NCBI GenBank assembly: GCA_950097015.1
Contig: CATNEN010000001.1
Coordinates: 10,726,001 to 10,790,000, forward strand
Direction: 5' to 3'
DNA length: 64,000 bases
Source of the DNA: Macrostomum hystrix
Lineage: Eukaryota > Animalia > Platyhelminthes
Below, in pieces: positions 59,601-64,000 of this stretch (position 1 is its first letter; each line of letters begins with the position of its first letter). The translations under genes and the position numbers were made by a program. Below the pieces are notes generated by a model. That model saw only the letters and a list, made by a program, of their open reading frames with translations, was not told the origin of the DNA and did no database searches.

Positions 59601-61467
59601 AGTCGCGAATGCCGAGAGCTCTCAGGCACCTGCTGGCTGTCATTCTGATTTGGGGCAACCCTGAGGATGGCAGCGATCTGTGGTGCACATTCGCCGAGGA
59701 TCTGTGCGAGGACCTGCGGTTTCACCACCGAGATCTGAGCGCTGAGGAAATCACCGACCTGGCGCTGCGCGAGCTGCAGAGCATGCTGACCTCCATGGGC
59801 GGTCACAGCCTGCCCGAGTACGGCTTGCCTGCGGCCTCCGTGCCGCCTCAAGTTGGACCGATGCAGTTCGACCCGGTTGAACAGGCCGAGATCCGGGAAG
59901 CGAGACTGTCAATGCTGACGGAGGAGCTGATTGCGGTGTACGAGTCGGTGACTGCGGATCTTGTGGCCGGCTCGGGCGGTTTGCACTTCCTGGACGCGCC
60001 CGCTGGCACTGGCAAGACCTTCCTGCTGGAGGTTTTGCTGGCCTTTGTGCGCAGCCGCGGTGAACTCGCCCTGGCAGTTGCGGCGTCTGGAATCGCAGCG
60101 ACTCTGCTGCCAGGCGGACAGACTGCGCATTCCACGTAAGTTTTTTAGATTAGGGGAATGCTTCTGAATTTTATAGAGTCGCGTTTCTAATCGATTCTAC
60201 CTATGACAACTTCACTCTAGGTTCAAGATCCCAGTCCGGCTGCTCCGATCCAACAAGGATGTCTGCGCTGTTGGCGCGCAGTCCAAGCAAGCGGAAGTGT
60301 TTCGTAGAGTTCGGCTGATTGTCTGGGACGAGATCTCCATGACCAATCGAAAGGATGTGGAATCCGTGGACAGGTGTCTGCGAGACGTTCGGAAGCAGGA
60401 CAAGCCATTTGGAGGAGTCACTCTGGTGTGTTCCGGTGACTTCCGCCAGCTCCTGCCTGTCGTAGTGAATGGAACCCGCGCCAACAGCGTCATGGCGTGT
60501 GTCTGCAGATCTTCGCTGTGGAAACTTTTCAAGCGACAACGCTTGACGAGAAACATTCGTCTGCTGTGCAGCTCCGAGCCAGCGATATACCAGAAGTTCA
60601 CGGAGCTACTCATGCAGGTGAGAATGGGGTGTAAAAATCCTTTTTTCTCGCGAATCATTGCGAATATTTTTTTTCATGTTTTTATTGCTTTTCTTTTCAC
60701 AGATCGGAACCGGGACAATCGAGCAGGATGCTGAGGAGAAGGTGTCCCTTCCCGCTGAGATGGTGATTTCTGCAGAGGCTCCGCTGAATGACCTGATCAA
60801 GTTCGTGTACCCGTCGTTTGAAGAATCAGCGGAGCGGGACGACTATTTTGCAAGTCGAGCGATACTGGCGCCGTACAACGACTCTGTTGATGCCATCAAC
60901 GAGACGTGTCTGGGCATTTTCCCGGGTTGCCTGCGAGAGTATCGCTCTGTAGACAGCCTGGCTGATGAGGAGGCCGCTACGCATTTCCCGACGGAGTTGC
61001 TAAACCAGCTGGATGCCCCGAATTTTTCAACTTATCTGCTCAGGATCAAGGTGGGCATGCCGCTGGTGCTTCTTCGGAATATCAACCCGCCGCGGCTGTG
61101 CAACGGTACACGGCTCATCGTTCTCACGATGGGCGATAATGTGCTGCGCTGCAAGATTGCCGCCGGTCAGTTCACCGGAGACGAGATCCTGCTGCCGCGA
61201 ATTCCGCTGATTCCAAACAATGCGGATCTACCAGTGAGTTTCAAGCGGCTGCAGTTTCCGGTGAAGCCGAGCTTCTGCCTTACAATACACAAAGCACAAG
61301 GACAATCCCTGGAGACCGTTGGAGTTGACCTGGCTGTCGGTTGCTTCACTCATGGTCAGCTGTACACGGCGCTGTCACGGGCGAAGAACGCCGCGAATGT
61401 TCGCGTCCGGATCTGTGGCACCAAGACCAGAAACGTGGTGTATCCAGAAGTGCTCACTGGAGATTAG
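56677..61467 (+). pseudogene. Helitron RepHel (HUH Rep plus PIF1 helicase), intron-containing, one premature stop
   Basis: Exons ~56677-57010 (87-bp repeats EAERAARLEEQRQR), ~57090-57890, 58174-58516, ~58711-59030, 59114-60135, 60221-60617, 60703-61467. Motifs FVTATCNPKW, EYQKRG|LPHVH, KYVIKY, DAPAGTGKT, WDEISM, GDFRQLLPV, TIHKAQGQS. TGA at 58902-58904. Confidence 0.92.
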
Positions 61468-61771
61468 GCGATTTCCAGGCGTCATTGAAGTGAGTATTAC
61501 TTGTGTCATTTTGTCTGTGAGTGTCGCATTGGTATCTGTGTTTAATAGTGATCACAAGTAGTTTATCCTGATATGTAAATGGCCCGCTGAGACATATCAG
61601 GCAAATCCTGCTTTATTCACCTAATAAATTCAAATGAGATGGGATCATAATGGAATTGAGATCAGGGATTACCTAGGCAAAATGATTAGCTAAATTGGGT
61701 TCATTGCATAACAGAACTGAGATTGTTGCTTAGCTAAATTGTGTTTGTGGCATAACAGAACTGAGCATAAC

Positions 61772-63985
61772 AGATCCCAATCCTAAACTCACAGAATCTC
61801 TTAGATCCCAATGCTAAATTCAGAGAATCTCTTAGATCCCAATCCTAAATTCACAGAATCTCTTAGATCCCAATCCTAAATTCATAGAATCTCTTAGATC
61901 CCAATGCTAAATTCATAGAATCTCTTAGATCCCAATCCTAAATTCACAGAGTCTCTTAGATCCCAATGCTAAATTCACAGAATCTCTTAGATCCCAATCC
62001 TAAATTCATAGAATCTCTTAGATCCCAATCCTAAACTCACAGAATCTCTTAGATCCCAATGCTAAATTCAGAGAATCTCTTAGATCCCAATCCTAAATTC
62101 ACAGAATCTCTTAGATCCCAATCCTAAATTCATAGAATCTCTTAGATCCCAATGCTAAATTCATAGAATCTCTTAGATCCCAATCCTAAATTCACAGAGT
62201 CTCTTAGATCCCAATGCTAAATTCACAGAATCTCTTAGATCCCAATCCTAAATTCATAGAATCTCTTAGATCCCAATCCTAAACTCACAGAATCTCTTAG
62301 ATCCCAATGCTAAATTCAGAGAATCTCTTCGATCCCAATCCTAAATTCACAGAATCTCTTAGATCCCAATCCTAAATTCATAGAATCTCTTAGATCCCAA
62401 TGCTAAATTCATAGAATCTCTTAGATCCCAATCCAAAATTCTTTAGATCTCTTAGATCCCAATCCTAAATTCACAGAATCTCTTAGATCCCAATCCTAAA
62501 TTCATAGAATCTCTTATATCCCAATCCTAAATTCATAGAATCTCTTGAATCCCAATCTTAAATTCACAGAATCTCTTAGATCCCAATCCTAAATTCATAG
62601 AATAGCTTATATCCCGATCCTAAATTCATAGAATCTCTTAGATCCCAATCCAAAATTCTTTAGATCTCTTAGATCCCAATCCTCAATTCACAGAATCTCT
62701 TAGATCCCAATCCTAAATTCACAGAATCTCTTAGATCCCAATCCTAAATTCATAGAATCTCTTAGATCCCAATCCTAAATTCAAACAATCTCTTAGATCC
62801 CAATCCTAAATTCACAGAATCTCTTAGATCCCAATCCTAAATTCATAGAATCTCTTAGATCCCAATGCTAAATTCTTAGAATCTCTTAGATCCCAATCCT
62901 AAATTCACAGAATCTCTTAGATCCCAATGCTAAATTCACAAAATCTCTTAGATTCCAATCCTAAATTCATAGAATCTCTTGAATCCCAATCCTAAATTCA
63001 TAGAATCTCTTATATATCAATCCTAAATTCATAGAATCTCTTAGATCCCAATCCTAAATTCACAGAATCTCTTAGATCCCAATCCTAAATTCATAGAATC
63101 TCTTAGATCCCAATCCTAAATTCTTAGAATCTCTTAGATCACAATCCTAAATTCACAGAATCTCTTATATCCCATTATTAATTCACAGAATCTTTTAGAT
63201 CCCAATGCTAAATTAACAAAATCTCTTAGATTCCAATCCTAAATTCATAGAATGTCTTGAATCCCAATCCTAAATTCATAGAATCTCTTATATATCAATC
63301 CTAAATTCATAGAATCTCCTAGATCCCAATCCTAAATTCATAGAATCTCTTAGATCATAATCCTAAATTCATAGAATCTCTTAGATCCCAATCCTAAATT
63401 CATGGGATCTCTTAGATTCCAATCCTAAATTAACAGAATCTCTTGGATCCCAATCCTAAATTCACAGAATCTCTTAGATCCCAATCCTAAATTCATAGAA
63501 TCTCTTCGATCCCAATCCTAAATTCACAGAATCTCTTAGATCCCAATCCTAAATTCACAGAATCTCTTATATCCCAATTCTTAATTCACAGAATCTTTTA
63601 GATCCCAATGCTAAATTCAGAGAATCTCTTAGATCCCAATCCTAAATTCATAGAATCTCTTATATCCCAATCCTAAATTCATAGAATCTCTTAGATCCCA
63701 ATCCTAAATTCATAGAATCTCTTATATCCCAATCCTAAATTCATAGAATCTCTTATATCCCAATCCTAAATTCATAGAATCTCTTAGATCCCAATCCTAA
63801 ATTCATAGAATCTCTTATATCCCAATCATAAATTCATAGAATCTCTTATATCCCAATCCTAAATTCATAGAATCTCTTAGATCCCAATCCTAAATTCATA
63901 GAATCTCTTATATCCCAATCCTAAATTCATAGAATCTCTTAGATCCCAATCCTAAATTCACAGAATCTTATATATCAATCCTAAA
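61772..63985 (+). repeat. 31-bp satellite (AGATCCCAATCCTAAATTCA[C/T]AGAATCTCTT), ~70 copies
   Basis: Direct reading. Lies downstream of the RepHel stop. Confidence 0.95.
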
Positions 63986-64000
63986 TCATTGCTTAGCTAA

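Larger units (their letters stand above)
54544..64000 (+). mobile_element. Helitron (3' end beyond the window)
   Basis: A|TCCACTATACTAAAAA start, (TTGG)n microsatellite and AACGGCTCAACCGATTT are typical Helitron 5' features. A RepHel gene follows. Confidence 0.85.

Noticed and set aside
55185-63985. CRISPR-like appearance of the 23-bp and 31-bp arrays
   Set aside because: Head-to-tail units without unique spacers, no cas genes, eukaryotic context.

Overview
Eukaryotic (invertebrate-animal-like, GT-AG introns) transposon-dense region. No ordinary host gene could be supported. The main feature is an apparently complete 22,251-bp DNA transposon (2461-24711). It has kilobase-long, minisatellite-containing terminal inverted repeats and a 7-bp target-site duplication (AATAATT). 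Inside it are two convergent multi-exon genes that the ORF track only shows in pieces. One is an open 8-exon KDZ (Kyakuja-Dileera-Zisupton) transposase on the - strand. The other is a 5-exon HMG-box-like accessory gene with a long Gly/Ser/Pro/Arg repeat tail on the + strand. The last exon of the accessory gene is split by a full-length 6.4-kb Loa/R1-group LINE (APE-RT-RNase H) whose 5' UTR is structured and tandemly repeated. The rest of the window holds fragments of Gypsy, BEL/Pao, mariner/Tc1, RTE, a Crypton-like tyrosine recombinase, Polinton-like genes and a second diverged KDZ family, plus an intron-containing Helitron (from 54544) with 23-bp and 31-bp satellite arrays. All gene models were read by eye and family calls rest on motif recognition, not database searches.
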